Assembly: GCA_002085025.1 (NCBI GenBank)
Contig: MZGK01000006.1
Span: forward strand, 1 to 53,867
Direction of reading: 5' to 3'
Length of the DNA: 53,867 nt
Source of the DNA: Candidatus Omnitrophica bacterium 4484_213
GTDB lineage: Bacteria > Omnitrophota > 4484-213
Made by a program: the position numbers and the translations under genes. The notes below the pieces were generated by a model. The model was given only the letters and a program-made list of their open reading frames with translations. It searched no databases and was not told the origin of the DNA. Positions 34,507 to 43,490 of this stretch are shown in pieces (within the stretch, counting starts at the first letter, position 1; each line of letters starts with the position of its first letter).

Positions 34507-35373
34507 ATGAAAAACCTTAATCAGTTTACTGCTAGTGAATTATTGAAGCTGTTAAAGAAAGAAGAGATAACCTCTCTTGAGATTGTCCGAGCTTTGCTTG
34601 GGCGAGTAGAAGAAGTAGAGGATAAGATTGGGGCGTATCTCTTTTTAGATAAAGAGAGGATTTTAAACAACGCCAAGGAGGAAAGACAGGGTTTGCTGGT
34701 TGGAATTCCTGTAAGTATAAAGGATAACATCTGTGTAGGCGGTGAATTAACGCGCTGTGCCTCTAAGATATTGGAGGGATTTAATTCTCCCTATGATGCA
34801 ACTACAATCAAAAACTTGAAGAGGGAAGGGGCGGTTCTCTTTGGTCGAACAAATATGGACGAGTTCGCTTTTGGTTCTTCGTGTGAGAGCTCTGCCTATC
34901 AAATTACTCACAACCCCTGGGATTTAGAAAGGGTGCCCGGTGGTTCAAGTGGTGGCTCAGCTGCCGCCGTAGCCGCTGACGAAGCAATATTTGCTCTGGG
35001 TTCAGACACCGGCGGCTCAATCCGCCAGCCGGCAGCTCTCTGCGGAATAGTCGGGCTAAAGCCGACCTATGGTCGGGTTTCTCGTTATGGTTTAGTCGCC
35101 TTTGGTTCTTCTTTAGACCAGATTGGCACACTTAGCAAGGATGTGCGCGATGCCGCTCTTTTGCTAAAAGTAATTGCCGGTTTTGATAGCCAGGATTCTA
35201 CATCTCTCAATACCCCTGTTCCGGATTATGAAACCTATTTAGGAAAGGAGATAAAGGGTTTTAAAATAGGTACGTGCAGATCTCCTTGCCCCATACCGAA
35301 TACGCTGTTTCGGTATATTACATTCTTGCTACTGCTGAAGCGAGCTCTAATCTTTCGCGGTTTGATGGGGTAG
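34507..35373 (+). CDS. gatA: Glu-tRNA(Gln) amidotransferase subunit A, N-terminal fragment (real sequence ends near 35271)
   Basis: Amidase signature [36 protein letters not shown]. After ...IKGFKIG the frame yields non-homologous residues. Confidence 0.88.
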   Translation: MKNLNQFTASELLKLLKKEEITSLEIVRALLGRVEEVEDKIGAYLFLDKERILNNAKEERQGLLVGIPVSIKDNICVGGELTRCASKILEGFNSPYDATTIKNLKREGAVLFGRTNMDEFAFGSSCESSAYQITHNPWDLERVPGGSSGGSAAAVAADEAIFALGSDTGGSIRQPAALCGIVGLKPTYGRVSRYGLVAFGSSLDQIGTLSKDVRDAALLLKVIAGFDSQDSTSLNTPVPDYETYLGKEIKGFKIGTCRSPCPIPNTLFRYITFLLLLKRALIFRGLMG

Positions 35374-35957
35374 AATACGGATTAAGAACGCCCCACGCCC
35401 CACGCCCCACGCCCCACGCTAAAAAAGACTTGCTGAAAATGTATGAAGAGACGAGGGGAGAGGGGTTTGGCAAGGAGGTAAAACGGCGGATTATCTTAGG
35501 AACCTATGTCTTGAGCAGAGGGTATTATGACCAATATTATCTGAAAGCAGCAAAGGTTCGGGAACTCATCAGAAGGGATTTTGAAGAGGCATTTAAAAGA
35601 TGTGATTTGATTGTTACCCCTACTTCGCCCACTCCAGCTTGGAAAATAGGCGAAAAAATAGACGACCCTCTGAAGATGTATCTCTCGGATATCTTTACTA
35701 TCCCGGCGAATTTAGCTGGCATTCCGGCAATCTCTATCCCCTGTGGTTTTACCCCGTTAGAGAACTCTACGAGACAAAGTAAGAGCAGTGTTCGCACTAT
35801 TAAAGAGCGAGCGAAGGATTCTCTAAAGGGGTTTACAAATGAACTCCCTGTAGGTCTGCAGATTTTGGGAAAGCCATTTAAGGAAGAAAAAATTTTGCAA
35901 GCCGCTTATGCTTATGAACAAGACACAGAGTGGCATCTGCAGAAACCAAAATTATAG
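35274..35957 (+). CDS. gatA: Glu-tRNA(Gln) amidotransferase subunit A, C-terminal fragment
   Basis: [92 protein letters not shown]. The frame differs from the N-terminal fragment. Confidence 0.88.
   Translation: MQISLPHTEYAVSVYYILATAEASSNLSRFDGVEYGLRTPHAPRPTPHAKKDLLKMYEETRGEGFGKEVKRRIILGTYVLSRGYYDQYYLKAAKVRELIRRDFEEAFKRCDLIVTPTSPTPAWKIGEKIDDPLKMYLSDIFTIPANLAGIPAISIPCGFTPLENSTRQSKSSVRTIKERAKDSLKGFTNELPVGLQILGKPFKEEKILQAAYAYEQDTEWHLQKPKL
35388..35418. repeat. Heptanucleotide tandem repeat (CCCCACG x4) inside gatA
   Basis: acg ccccacg ccccacg ccccacg ccccacg, translated as [11 protein letters not shown]. Confidence 0.85.
35751..35832. repeat. Palindromic element copy inside gatA
   Basis: ACCCCGTTAGAGAA (35751-35764) / TTCTCTAAAGGGGT (35819-35832), 13 of 14 complementary. 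The inner AGTG-ttcg-CACT hairpin is present. Read as [28 protein letters not shown] between PCG and LPVGLQI. Confidence 0.75.
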
Positions 35958-36020
35958 AATTCAAACTTAATGAAACAAATAAGTCTGACTTAAATGTTTC
36001 ATTAAGTATCTCTTATCCAT

Positions 36021-37421
36021 ATGAAATTTAAAACAACTGTCGGATTAGAGGTTCATCTGCAATTAAATACCAAGAGCAAGATATTCTGTGCTTGCTCTAC
36101 AGAGTTTGGCGCACCGCCCAATACTCAGACCTGCCCGGTCTGCCTGGGGTTGCCCGGTTCGTTGCCAGTCCTGAATGCGGAGGTGTTGACTAAGGCGATC
36201 AAGCTTTGTTTAGCCCTGAATTGTGAGATAGCCGAAGAGATAAGGTTCGACCGTAAGAATTATTTTTATCCTGATCTGCCCAAGGGTTATCAAATATCTC
36301 AATATGATAAACCTATAGGTTCTAAGGGAAGATTGGCGGGGATAGGGATTAGGCGTATTCATTTAGAAGAAGATGCCGGAAAGCTTATCCATACTTCTCA
36401 GGGGAGTTTGGTTGATTATAATCGCGCTGGCATGCCTCTATTAGAGATTGTTAGCGAGCCGGAGATTCAGAGTCCGCAGCAGGCTTATAACTATCTCTTA
36501 ACCTTGAAATCAATAAGTGAGTATCTGGAGATATCTGATTGTAATATGGAAGAGGGAAGTTTGCGTTGCGATGCCAATATTTCTCTAAATCCTGTGGAGA
36601 GCGAGAAATTAGGAACGAAAGTGGAACTAAAGAATATGAATTCTTTTCGCGGAGTGGAGAAGGCGCTGGAGTTCGAGATAAAGCGGCAGGAGGAGATTTT
36701 AAACCGCGGAGAAAAGGTAATTCAGGAGACCCGGCTCTGGGATGCTAATAAGGAGACAACCTTGCCAATGCGCAGTAAAGAAGAGGCAAACGACTATCGC
36801 TATTTTCCTGAGCCTGACCTCCCACCTTTTTTCGTTTGCCGAGAGATGGTTGAAAAAATAAAGACAGAGATGCCCGAACTCCCAGAAGAGCGAAAGCAGA
36901 GATTCTTTTCGCAATATAAAATTCCCGAATATGATGCCTCGGTATTGACAAGGGAAAAGAAGATGGCTGATTATTTTGAGGAGTGTTTGAAATTTTTTCC
37001 TAAGCCCAAAACAGTTAGCAATTGGTTGATGCGTGATGTGTTGAATTTTTTAAAAGTGGAGAAGATTGCCTGGGAGGATTTTCCACTTTTAGCGCAAGAT
37101 TTTACGGATTTGTTAAAAACAGTGGAGACGAAGGAAATCAGTATCAATATAGCGAGAGAGGTATTTTTAGAGATGCTAAAGAGCAATAAAAAGGCGGGAG
37201 ATATTATTGCCGAGAAGGGTTTGAAGCAGGTAAGTGATGAGAAAGAATTAGCGGCTGTTGTTGATGAAGTTATTCGAGTAAATCCTAAATCAGTCAAGGA
37301 TTTCCAGGCCGGCAAAGAAAAAGCGCTGATGTTTCTGGTTGGTTATGCGATGCGCGAGACCAAAGGAAAAGCAAATGCACGGGTGGTTCAGAGGCTTTTA
37401 AGGGAGAGGTTAAGATGCTAA
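36021..37421 (+). CDS. gatB: Glu/Asp-tRNA amidotransferase subunit B
   Basis: GLEVHLQL, CPVCLGLPGSLP, FDRKNYFYPDLPKGYQISQ, HLEEDAGK, NRAGMPLLEIVSEP, C-terminal YqeY-like region. Confidence 0.93.
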   Translation: MKFKTTVGLEVHLQLNTKSKIFCACSTEFGAPPNTQTCPVCLGLPGSLPVLNAEVLTKAIKLCLALNCEIAEEIRFDRKNYFYPDLPKGYQISQYDKPIGSKGRLAGIGIRRIHLEEDAGKLIHTSQGSLVDYNRAGMPLLEIVSEPEIQSPQQAYNYLLTLKSISEYLEISDCNMEEGSLRCDANISLNPVESEKLGTKVELKNMNSFRGVEKALEFEIKRQEEILNRGEKVIQETRLWDANKETTLPMRSKEEANDYRYFPEPDLPPFFVCREMVEKIKTEMPELPEERKQRFFSQYKIPEYDASVLTREKKMADYFEECLKFFPKPKTVSNWLMRDVLNFLKVEKIAWEDFPLLAQDFTDLLKTVETKEISINIAREVFLEMLKSNKKAGDIIAEKGLKQVSDEKELAAVVDEVIRVNPKSVKDFQAGKEKALMFLVGYAMRETKGKANARVVQRLLRERLRC

Positions 37422-38516
37422 CGGAAATCAAAGATAGATTGATAGAAATCAAGAAAAAATTGGAAAACCTACGGGGGTATCTTTGAAATAGGTAGCAAGA
37501 AAAGGAAAATTGAAGAACTGCAGAAAGAAATGTCTGCTCCCGGATTTTGGGACAGCCGTCCTAAAGCCGAAGGTGTTTTAAGAGAACTAAAGAGGTTAAA
37601 GGGTGTGGTTGCCCCCTGGGAAAAAGTTAGCCAGGAGTATGAGGATTTAAATGAGCTTTCTCAATTAATCCAGGAGAGCGATAAGAAGGATGTTAAGGAA
37701 ATTGCTACTAACTTAGAGAAATTAAAGGACGATTTAGAGCAGTTAGAATTTAGGCTCATCCTGGCTAAAGACGAGGATAAAAACGATGCGATTTTGAATA
37801 TCCATCCCGGAGCAGGTGGCACCGAGGCTTGCGATTGGGCCGAGATGCTCTTGCGAATGTATCTCAGATGGGCCGAGAAGAGAAAATTTAAAACAAAGGT
37901 AATCGACCTTTTGCCCGGCGGAGAGGCAGGAATAAAGGATGTTACGGTTGAGATTGAAGGCAGTTATGCTTATGGTTATCTAAAAGCCGAAAGAGGCGTG
38001 CATCGTCTCGTGCGCATTTCACCCTTTGACGCCAACAAACGCCGGCACACCTCCTTTGCTTCAGTGGATGTTATGCCTGAAGTAGGAGAGGAGAAGGACA
38101 TCGAGCTCAAGCCCGAAGATTTAAAGATTGATGTCTTTCGTTCTTCCGGCCCGGGCGGACAGAGCGTGAATACTACGGATTCGGCAGTGCGCGTGACTCA
38201 TCTGCCTACGGGGATTGTGGTAAGTTGCCAGAACGAACGCTCCCAATACAAGAATAAAGTCTGGGCATTAAAGGTATTAAAAGCGCGGCTCTATCAGCGT
38301 CAATTAGAAGAAGAAAGAAAAAAACTGAGAGAAAAATACGGCGAAAAATTAGATATTGCCTGGGGGAGTCAAATTCGTTCCTATGTTTTTCATCCCTATT
38401 CTATGGTCAAAGACCACCGCACCAATATAGAAGAGCACAATGTCTCGGCAGTAATGGACGGGGAGATTGATAGATTTATTGAAGGATTTCTGAAAAAGTT
38501 TCCAGATTATGCTTAA
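37415..38516 (+). CDS. prfB: Peptide chain release factor 2 (needs +1 frameshift at 37481-37486)
   Basis: Frame 0 is [23 protein letters not shown], then UGA. The +1 frame continues [23 protein letters not shown]... through the SPF and GGQ motifs ([23 protein letters not shown]). Confidence 0.92.
37473..37486 (+). promoter_or_regulatory. RF2 programmed +1 frameshift site
   Basis: GGGGG TAT CTT TGA: an internal SD-like element 3 nt upstream of the CUU-UGA slippery/stop pair, as in the classical prfB site. Confidence 0.88.
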
Positions 38517-40491
38517 CTTTATTCTCAGAAAAATAATCGGCACTCAGAATCAGCGGGCGTTGAGAAAAATGGCTCCTGTTGTAGAAAAGATAGAAGGTTT
38601 GGATCCGTCTATCTCTGCTCTCACCGATGACGAACTGCAGGCAAAGACAGAGGAGTTTAGAGAGCGTCTTAATAAAGAAGAGACTCTGGATGATCTTCTT
38701 CCGGAGGCGTTTGCTGTTGTCCGCGAGGCGGGCAAGCGGACGATAAATATGCGCCATTTTCCTGTTCAACTCATCGGTGGGATTGTTTTACATCAGGGGA
38801 AGATTGCCGAGATGGCCACTGGAGAAGGGAAGACATTGGTGGCTACCTTAGCGGCTTACTTAAATGCTCTGAGCGGTAAAGGGGTGCACATTGTTACCGT
38901 AAATGACTATTTAGCCCGCAGAGACCGCCAGTGGATGGGGCCAATCTATGAATTTCTCGGGCTTAGTGTAGGGGTAATCCAGCAAGGGATGCCCCCCCAG
39001 GAACGACGTGCCGCCTACAACTGCGATGTTACCTATGGCACTAACAACGAATTTGGTTTTGATTATCTGCGAGACAATATGGTTGTTTCTATAGAAGATA
39101 AGGTGCAGAGAGAGCTACATTACGCGATTGTTGATGAGGTGGATAGCATTCTCATCGATGAGGCCCGTACCCCCCTAATTATCTCCGGCCCGAGCGAGGA
39201 ATCAACAGATAAATATTATAAGGTAGATAGAATAATCTCACTCCTTAAGAAAGGCGAGAGGGATGAGGTGAGCAAAGAGGAAAGAGGGGATTATATTGTC
39301 GATGAAAAACACAAGACCTCTTATCTAACTGAGCAAGGGGAGATTAAGGCGGCTAAACTCTTGGGGCTAAAGGATATGCATAGTTTGACAACAATGGAAT
39401 ATAAACACCATGTCAATCAGGCATTGCGTGCGCACAACAATTATAAACGTGATGTTGATTATATGCTCAAAGACAATCAGGTGGTTATTGTCGATGAGTT
39501 CACTGGACGATTAATGCCCGGGAGAAGGTGGTCAGATGGGTTGCACCAAGCAATTGAGGCAAAAGAAAGGGTAAAGATTGAAAGAGAGAACCAGACCTTA
39601 GCTACAATTACCTTTCAGAATTATTTTCGGATGTATGAGAAACTTGCTGGAATGACCGGCACTGCGGCTACCGAGGCATCAGAGTTTTTGCAGATTTATA
39701 AGTTGGATGTAGCGGTTATTCCCACCAATAAGCCATTGAACAGAACAAATTATCCCGATGTAATCTATAAAACCGAGCGGGAGAAGTTTAATGCCGTAGT
39801 GGAAGAAATTGAGGAGCTCCACAAGCAGGGACGGCCAGTATTAGTGGGCACGGTCTCTATTGAGAAATCCGAGCGGTTGAGCCAGTTGTTAAAAAGAAAG
39901 AATATTATGCACTCGGTGTTAAATGCTAAATATCACGAGCGTGAGGCAGAAATAGTTGCCTTAGCCGGACAGAGGAATGCAGTGACCATTGCTACGAATA
40001 TGGCTGGAAGAGGCACAGATATTGTTTTAGGAGAGGGAGTAGCGGAGTTAGGGGGGCTACATATTATCGGCACCGAGAGACACGAAGCCCGCCGAATTGA
40101 CAATCAACTGCGCGGGCGTGCTGGCCGGCAGGGCGACCCCGGTTCATCGCGTTTTTATCTTTCTTTGGAAGATGACCTCTTACGTCTATTTGGCTCGGAA
40201 AGGATAATGGGGATGATGAAGCGTTTGGGAATGCCGGAGGGGCAGGCAATCGAGCATAAACTGATTACCCGGGCCATTACTACTGCCCAGAAGAGAGTAG
40301 AGGCGATGAATTTTGATATTCGCAAGCAACTTTTGGACTACGATAATGTGATGAATAAACAACGCGAGGTGATTTATAAACAACGCGAGGTGATTTTAAA
40401 AGGAGAGAATTTAGAGGAGGAGATAAACAGGATGATTGAATCAGTTTTGGAAAGATGGTTAGAAACTTATCTGCCCTTGAAAGATGGTTAA
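38509..40491 (+). CDS. secA: Preprotein translocase ATPase SecA, N-terminal 660 codons (frame broken near 40450-40490)
   Basis: [97 protein letters not shown]. Confidence 0.92.
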   Translation: MLNFILRKIIGTQNQRALRKMAPVVEKIEGLDPSISALTDDELQAKTEEFRERLNKEETLDDLLPEAFAVVREAGKRTINMRHFPVQLIGGIVLHQGKIAEMATGEGKTLVATLAAYLNALSGKGVHIVTVNDYLARRDRQWMGPIYEFLGLSVGVIQQGMPPQERRAAYNCDVTYGTNNEFGFDYLRDNMVVSIEDKVQRELHYAIVDEVDSILIDEARTPLIISGPSEESTDKYYKVDRIISLLKKGERDEVSKEERGDYIVDEKHKTSYLTEQGEIKAAKLLGLKDMHSLTTMEYKHHVNQALRAHNNYKRDVDYMLKDNQVVIVDEFTGRLMPGRRWSDGLHQAIEAKERVKIERENQTLATITFQNYFRMYEKLAGMTGTAATEASEFLQIYKLDVAVIPTNKPLNRTNYPDVIYKTEREKFNAVVEEIEELHKQGRPVLVGTVSIEKSERLSQLLKRKNIMHSVLNAKYHEREAEIVALAGQRNAVTIATNMAGRGTDIVLGEGVAELGGLHIIGTERHEARRIDNQLRGRAGRQGDPGSSRFYLSLEDDLLRLFGSERIMGMMKRLGMPEGQAIEHKLITRAITTAQKRVEAMNFDIRKQLLDYDNVMNKQREVIYKQREVILKGENLEEEINRMIESVLERWLETYLPLKDG

Positions 40492-41084
40492 AGCAGAAAT
40501 TTGGAATAGAAAAGCAGATGGATATTAAGGGAGAAGTTCGTCCGCCTCTTGTTTATCATGAGATTAAAGAGAGTTTATTAAACAAGATAAACAGTCTCTA
40601 CAGACAGAAGAAGCAGAGGATTGGGGAATCAGCAATGGAATACTTAGAAAGAAGAGCGATGCTCCAGGTGTTGGATACAAAATGGAAAGAACACCTCTAC
40701 GCAATGGACAGTTTGCGTGAGGGGATTGGGCTCAGGGCTTATGGTCAGCGCGATCCTCTGGTAGAGTATCAACACGAATCCTTTGCAATGTTTTCGGAGA
40801 TGATAGAGAAAATAGAGGAGGAATCTCTGGAGTTTATATTCAAGGCAGAGCCGATTCAAGAGGAGGCCGCGAGCGTATTTTCTGTTCCGCAGGAGTTTGT
40901 GCATAAGGAGATGGCTGGATTAGAGAAAGCCCAGGCGAGGAAAACTCAATTAGAGTCTCCTATTTCCCCACCGCTTTCTGCCAATATCACCTATCGCCGC
41001 TCAGGAAAAAAGATTGGCCGCAACGAACCCTGCCCCTGCGGCAGTGGAAAGAAATATAAGTATTGCTGCGGAAGAAACGAGTAA
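40455..41084 (+). CDS. secA: SecA C-terminal fragment (helical wing/scaffold and zinc-binding tail)
   Basis: [41 protein letters not shown] and the C-terminal [17 protein letters not shown]. Overlaps the upstream fragment by 37 nt in another frame. Confidence 0.9.
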   Translation: MVRNLSALERWLKQKFGIEKQMDIKGEVRPPLVYHEIKESLLNKINSLYRQKKQRIGESAMEYLERRAMLQVLDTKWKEHLYAMDSLREGIGLRAYGQRDPLVEYQHESFAMFSEMIEKIEEESLEFIFKAEPIQEEAASVFSVPQEFVHKEMAGLEKAQARKTQLESPISPPLSANITYRRSGKKIGRNEPCPCGSGKKYKYCCGRNE

Positions 41085-41090
41085 TCTATG

Positions 41091-41173
41091 AATTACGGAT
41101 TTCTTACGAATTTACGAATGCAAACATACGTATGTTCGTATAGATTAGTTATTCGTAGATATTATTCGTAGAT
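41091..41173. repeat. TACGAA / TTCGTA repeat array with a central palindrome upstream of lnt
   Basis: cTTACGAAtTTACGAAtg, then the perfect palindrome ACATACGTATGT (41123-41134), then TTCGTAtag and a tandem TTATTCGTAGATA x2. Confidence 0.7.
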
Positions 41174-41180
41174 AGAATTC

Positions 41181-42821
41181 ATGACCTCAATTTTTCTCGC
41201 CGTTCTCTCTTCTTTTTTATTAATTCTTTCCTTTCCTAAATTTAATCTTTCCTTTTTTGCCTGGGTTGGTTTTGTGCCTTTATTTATTGCTTGCGGAGGC
41301 AAAACCCGCAGACAATGCTTTTTTTTATTTTATTTAAGCGGTCTTATTTTTTGGGCAGGAATTCTTTATTGGCTGGTTCAGGTTAATCTCATCGGCTTTC
41401 TCCTCTTGATTTTTTACTTAGCTCTTTACTTCGGCATCTTCGGCTTACTGATAGGCTACACGCTACCCCGAACGGCAAGCCTACGGGGCAGGCACGCTAC
41501 ACACTACACGCCGAAGATTGCAACTCAGAAGTTAGCTTACAGAAAATTGCCTACTGCCTACTCCCTGCTGCCAAGTGTCTCCTACCTTCTGTTTCTGCCC
41601 TGTTTGTGGGTGAGTTTAGAATTTATCCGTTCGCATCTATTTACTGGCTTTGGTTGGGCTCTGCTTGGCTATTCACAATACACAAACCTTCCGATTATTC
41701 AGATTGCCGATGTCACCGGCGGCTATGGCGTTTCATTTTTGATTATCCTAGTAAATGCAACGATAGAACAGGTTCTTTTAGAAGTCAAAAAACAGAAGTC
41801 AGAAAACAGAAATTATTTATTTCCTTTTTTTTATCTGTTAACTGTCCTCTGTCTTCTGTCCTCTGCTTTTATCTATGGTTACAGTAAGTTGACCCACTTC
41901 CCACTTCCTACTTCCCACTTCCTACTCAGGATTTCCCTCATTCAGGGCAATATCCCCCAGCATCAGAAATGGGATGCGCAACTTAAAGAAAGTATCCTGA
42001 GCAAATATATCCATCTCAGTGAACAAACCGCCAAAAGCGACTCTCCGCATCTAATCATCTGGCCCGAGACAGCTGTCCCGGCTTATTTTAATCAAGACAA
42101 AGAACTAAAAAAGAGAATTTTAAGTTTATCCTCAGAGATAAATACCCCTTTATTAATAGGAACAGCAACCTTTCAAAAGAATAAACCCGGCACCAGAGCG
42201 ATGCAGGGTAAATCTTTTAATAGCGCTATTCTTATTTCCTCAGGCAAAGCAGTTCAACAATATGATAAACTCCATCTCGTTCCTTTTGGCGAATATGCCC
42301 CCTCGCTTTTTTCTTTTGTCCGCAATTTTATTGAAATCGGTGATTTTTCAAAAGGCAGAGAATGGAAAATTTTCTCTTTACCCTCTAACCTTTACCCTCT
42401 ATCCTCTTTTGCCGTGCTCATTTGTTTTGAGGATGTCTTTCCCTATTTGAGCCGTGGATTTGTGAAGAGAGGGGCAGATTTTCTGATAAATATCAGCAAC
42501 GACGCCTGGTTTGGTAAAACGAGCGCCCCTTACCAGCACTGTCAATCAGCTGTCTTTCGAGCAGTAGAAAACAGGGTGAATGTGATAAAATGTTCCAATA
42601 CCGGCGTTTCCTGCTTCATAAGTCCCGCAGGAAGAATCTCTGGTCGACTTTCTAAGCAAGGAAAGGATATTTTTGTAGCGGGCTATTCTACGCAGAAGAT
42701 ACTAATTGAAAAAACACCACTTACATTTTACACTCGCTTTGGCGATGTTTTTGCTATCCTCTGCTTGCTGTTTTGTGCGGGGTTTGGTATAATAAAGAGA
42801 CACGAATTCTCACGAATATGA
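41181..42821 (+). CDS. lnt: Apolipoprotein N-acyltransferase, containing several repeat-derived insertions
   Basis: N-terminal polytopic region. LEFIRSHLFTGFGWALLGYSQ. Nitrilase-like domain: QGNIPQHQKWD, IIWPETA, HLVPFGEY, ICFEDVF, NISNDAWFG. Confidence 0.9.
   Translation: MTSIFLAVLSSFLLILSFPKFNLSFFAWVGFVPLFIACGGKTRRQCFFLFYLSGLIFWAGILYWLVQVNLIGFLLLIFYLALYFGIFGLLIGYTLPRTASLRGRHATHYTPKIATQKLAYRKLPTAYSLLPSVSYLLFLPCLWVSLEFIRSHLFTGFGWALLGYSQYTNLPIIQIADVTGGYGVSFLIILVNATIEQVLLEVKKQKSENRNYLFPFFYLLTVLCLLSSAFIYGYSKLTHFPLPTSHFLLRISLIQGNIPQHQKWDAQLKESILSKYIHLSEQTAKSDSPHLIIWPETAVPAYFNQDKELKKRILSLSSEINTPLLIGTATFQKNKPGTRAMQGKSFNSAILISSGKAVQQYDKLHLVPFGEYAPSLFSFVRNFIEIGDFSKGREWKIFSLPSNLYPLSSFAVLICFEDVFPYLSRGFVKRGADFLINISNDAWFGKTSAPYQHCQSAVFRAVENRVNVIKCSNTGVSCFISPAGRISGRLSKQGKDIFVAGYSTQKILIEKTPLTFYTRFGDVFAILCLLFCAGFGIIKRHEFSRI
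41456..41575. repeat. Composite heptamer-repeat insertion in the lnt N-terminal region
   Basis: CTACACG (41456), CTACACA CTACACG (41497-41510), hairpin CCCCG...CGGGG (41465-41488), TGCCTAC TGCCTAC TCCCTGC TGCCAAG (41548-41575). Encodes LPRTASLRGRHATHYTPKIATQKLAYRKLPTAYSLLPS. Confidence 0.75.
41779..41928. repeat. Three heptamer tandem tracts in lnt
   Basis: TAGAAGT CAAAAAA CAGAAGT CAGAAAA CAGAAAT (41779-41813). CTGTCCT CTGTCTT CTGTCCT CTGCTTT (41842-41869). CCACTTC CCACTTC CTACTTC CCACTTC CTACTCA (41894-41928). Confidence 0.85.
42376..42410. repeat. 14-nt (2 x 7) tandem repeat in the lnt catalytic domain region
   Basis: CTTTACCCTCTAAC CTTTACCCTCTATC CTCTTTT, translated as LPSNLYPLSSF. Confidence 0.8.
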
Positions 42822-42850
42822 GACGAATTTGCCCGAATCGCGAATGTACC
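42797..42850. repeat. Phased ACGAAT repeats spanning the lnt stop codon
   Basis: cACGAATtct cACGAATatg agACGAATttg ccCGAATcg CGAATg, at about 10-nt spacing. A further tcACGAATt lies at ~42912. Confidence 0.65.
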
Positions 42851-42940
42851 AAAATTAGTAAGTCGGATAAAATAGGTTAAAAAGTTGTCGATGATTTTTA
42901 ATCTTAAAATCACGAATTAAAAAAGATAAGGGAAAAATCT

Positions 42941-43126
42941 ATGGCCTATAAAGAAAGGGTGCGAGGTGGAATAAAAGAGGAGGAATTGAAAAATATTTGG
43001 CAAGAAATATGCGAATCCTATGAACAAGATGGAGTTGAGCAGATAAAATCGACGCTAAACTCACAGATAGGTAAAATCAAAAAGGATTACGGACAGCTAC
43101 TTAAAAAACTTGGAAAAATGCTATGA
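42941..43126 (+). CDS. Small hypothetical protein coupled to the ATPase remnant
   Basis: 61-codon ORF whose TGA overlaps the next ATG (ATGA at 43123-43126). No family was recognised. Confidence 0.4.
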   Translation: MAYKERVRGGIKEEELKNIWQEICESYEQDGVEQIKSTLNSQIGKIKKDYGQLLKKLGKML

Positions 43127-43482
43127 TGGATGTATGCGATGTTAAAGATAAAAAGGTAAAAATAGGAGGATTCAGAGGGTTTACTCGAAAGACGCCTATC
43201 GAACCTATCGAATTTGAGAATCCTGTTACTCTATTATATGGGGGAAATCATCAGGGCAAGAGTAGTATATTAAATGCAATTGAATGGTGTTTATATGGAG
43301 ACGAGTGCATTAGTGAAAAATCTGGTATTCGTGAGCGTGTGGGTACAGGTGAGATAGCCTGGAGAGTTGTGAATGATAGTTCTGAGAAGGCCCAGGTAAA
43401 GTTGAAAATTGAGAGAGAGCAGGGGGTTTTACTATTATCCGAACCGAAGCCAAGGGAAAGGGCAAAAAAAGGGAAAGCATAA
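43123..43482 (+). CDS. Rad50/SbcC/SMC-like ATPase, N-terminal Walker A fragment
   Basis: [44 protein letters not shown] is the typical AAA_23/SbcC-type N-terminus. Confidence 0.6.
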   Translation: MMDVCDVKDKKVKIGGFRGFTRKTPIEPIEFENPVTLLYGGNHQGKSSILNAIEWCLYGDECISEKSGIRERVGTGEIAWRVVNDSSEKAQVKLKIEREQGVLLLSEPKPRERAKKGKA

Positions 43483-43490
43483 AAATATCT

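Noticed and set aside
41091-42920. Short tandem and phased repeats around and inside lnt as a CRISPR array
   Set aside because: The units are 6-14 nt, with no 25-40 nt repeats, no unique spacers and no cas genes. They are micro- or minisatellite-type repeats.
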